Source of the DNA: Chiloscyllium plagiosum
Taxonomy: Eukaryota
Length of the DNA stretch: 64,000 bases
Assembly: GCF_004010195.1 (NCBI RefSeq)
Contig: NC_057752.1
Coordinates: 11,784,298 to 11,848,297, forward strand
Reading direction: 5' to 3'
Made by a program: the position numbers and the translations under genes. The notes beneath the pieces are model-generated. The model had not been told where the DNA came from. It did no database searches and was given only the letters and a program-made list of their open reading frames with translations. Positions 61,525 through 64,000 of this stretch are shown here, piece by piece (the stretch's first letter is position 1; every line of letters starts with the position of its first letter).

Positions 61525-64000
61525 AGTGCAACACCTGGAGCAAGACACAGCATTTTCTCGAGAATGGATATGGTGTACACATGTGAAGATCAGTTTTGGT
61601 GGATATGCTGAAATGTACTCATTCGCAAGTTTAATGTGATCAAAAGAATCCACAATTCTGATCTTTAGTGGAGGTGATTCTGGTGTCAGTATTGTAAGAG
61701 GTGATGTGTGCAATGGAAAGTGACAATGCTACAGACCAATGTAAAGCTCATTGTATACAATTATGCTATTATTGCTAATGCTACACCATCCATGCTCTCG
61801 ATTTGAAACTACCTAGGTTCTGTTGCAAATAATACAAACTGTCATCTTTAATTTGAGTGAGCATGCCCCTATTTTGTTCAATGCCTTGTTGAGTTTTGCT
61901 ACTTTTCATATTGTGTCAATTGTGAAATATCTTGTGCCAATTTTGGGAGAATTTGATGCTGAGAAGACAGTAACTGCCCATGCAACTTTTTACTTTGTTC
62001 TTTCTTTACAATCAGCAGTTTACCTGCTAAATAATTCTGCCTTTAGCCCTGGTCCATTGTATAGTGTGGTAATATTGTCAAGTTGGGCTGTGGCTAAGCC
62101 AAAAGTTTGAAATTCCAAGTTCTATCTTTATGAGACACCATACTTCAAGACTCTGTCTTCCATTTTAATTCAGAAGGTTCCAAAATCATTGTGTTCGAAT
62201 GTGCGATTAGGAGTAAGGCAAAGCAGAAGAAAGGCTGACCCAGTGAGAATTGGCCCAGGACAGGAAGATGTGCAAGTGAGCCCACGACAGGAGCTTTAAA
62301 TCTGATGTCAACCCCTGTGAGAAGGTGGTTTTTGGCATAAAGGCACCTCGTTCCAGTCCTGTTTTCAAGCCTTTTCTGACTTTGGGAAAGAGCTGGACTT
62401 AATTTGCTATTGATAAGTTTAACATTAGTGTTTCACTTTCAGTTAAATCATGTCAGTAGCAAGAGTTCTAGCCTGTTAGACCTGGCAGATGATGGTGTTT
62501 CTTAGTGGTATCTGCTTATTTGTTTTCACGTTTCCTCCTCCTAAGGATGAAGCAAACCTTAAAATGGGATTGTCTTGTTGGGACTTCACCCAAAAGCAGC
62601 CTGTGGGGGAGATTTGCCTGGGCCTTCACCGAGATATTGCACCTGAGAGCACTGACCTCTGGACAGTCAGTAAGCTGGCTGAGAGCAGAGAGCCAGGAAA
62701 TCTCCCCTCCTATTTTAGTTTTTTTTTTAATCCAGACATCTTTAGTAACCAATCTCACTGAAAATGGTAATATTTCAAATAATGGAGAACACATCAAAGT
62801 TGCTGATGTCGCAATGATTCTTTGTGTCCTAAGTATTGTGTTGGTTAATAAGGGTTGGTATGTCTTGTAGCTGATCGAATTAGTGATAGTTATCATGATG
62901 AGATTTGCAATTTCTAAATGAAGTCGGAGGCCAATTATATTATTTGATGGGCTGTGTATGGCTTTCTGGTCCAGACACCATTTCATTGATTGCTGTGTGT
63001 AGAGCTGGGTCCCAAGGGATTCTATACTGCTGTCAAGAAAGTAAACTCTCTAATGAATTTGTTTAGGAGAGAAATCTAAGTAAAAGCTCATACATGATTC
63101 AATGCAGTTTTTATGTTGTAAGTAAAATGCAGTGCTTTACACAAAGTTTTGAGTTTTTCACTCCCCTATTCATTTGGACATTTGGGTCCCTTTTTTTAAA
63201 ATGTTGATAGTTTAGATACCAAGAAGCAGGTAGTCATATTGTCCTGCCCCATAACCCCGCAGAATAGCAAAATTGTTGCACGGTCCAAATATATAATTTT
63301 TCCACTCATGACATTGGGAAGATTTAAGGATTTAACCTCCTATTGTTTAACCCAGAAATGTATCAAGCTTAAAATTTTCTTTCTTGTGAGTTTATTTCTC
63401 AAACAAGAATTCAAAGTTTTAATATTGTAATGGGATTGTTTCGTAAATCCTACTTAATGGGGTTATTAACAGTGACATGATTGTTATTGGGTTGTAGATA
63501 CAGAAATGCATCCTGCTGTCTTGATCCCAAACAGACACACATCCCTAGACACAGATGGATGCACATTGATGTGCACACTGGCACACCCATTTGCAGGCAC
63601 AAATATGTGTATGCAGACTCTTTAAAATGAATGATCATTTTAGGTTAGAGGATTGCTTGCTGACTAGCCACAGTTCAAATGTACAGTTACCATAGATCAC
63701 AGTGTACAAGTCAACCTTTGAAGCCTCTCATTCTTTCCAAAAATGGTGCTGACTTATATGTCGAGCATAAAATGTGAACAGCTGATGTTTGGTGCAGATG
63801 ATATCATTTTAAAATGAGAAAAACATTGACGTGTTTTATTGATTTAATTACTTCCACTTCAACCACATTCAATGATTTTTTAAAATGTTAAATTGATTGT
63901 CTTCTGCAAAGAGATCATCATTTTGATCCAAATCACTTCGGCTATGGCTTCACCAGAAGGATCCTCCTCTGGAAAAGTTTAGTGCTTTCAGTTTTTGAAT
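61525..64000 (+). other. SMARCC2: Putative SMARCC2 3' UTR (end not determined)
   Basis: Follows the stop codon; AT-rich and free of the LINE/SINE fragments that fill the introns; no clear AATAAA seen. Confidence 0.55.

Overview
Eukaryotic vertebrate genomic DNA, most likely a shark (inferred from HE1-like tRNA SINEs, CR1/HER1-type LINEs and Penelope-like elements). The window holds the 3' two-thirds of a + strand SMARCC2 (BAF170, SWI/SNF core subunit) gene. I traced 15 coding exons by hand from 8061 to the stop codon at 61522-61524. All have GT-AG boundaries and consistent phases, and they encode about 795 aa (SWIRM, SANT, coiled-coil and Q/P-rich tail). About 2.5 kb of repeat-poor putative 3' UTR follows. 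The 5' exons lie upstream of the window. Introns are packed with decayed CR1/L2-type LINEs, SINEs, a solo LTR, Penelope-like elements with hammerhead-ribozyme cores, a TTAA/piggyBac-type MITE and several minisatellites (33-bp, 46-bp hairpin, ~50-bp, 36-bp). Most long ORFs in the track are LINE remnants or repeat artefacts. The most unusual items are a ~290-bp near-perfect hairpin Penelope insertion with a 14-bp TSD and hammerhead cores, a CpG-rich 63-nt antisense exon-like segment with a duplicated acceptor region, a 46-bp hairpin array resembling a tRNA-SINE head, and a triple-nested LINE>Penelope>piggyBac insertion. No database searches were possible, so family names come from recognition.
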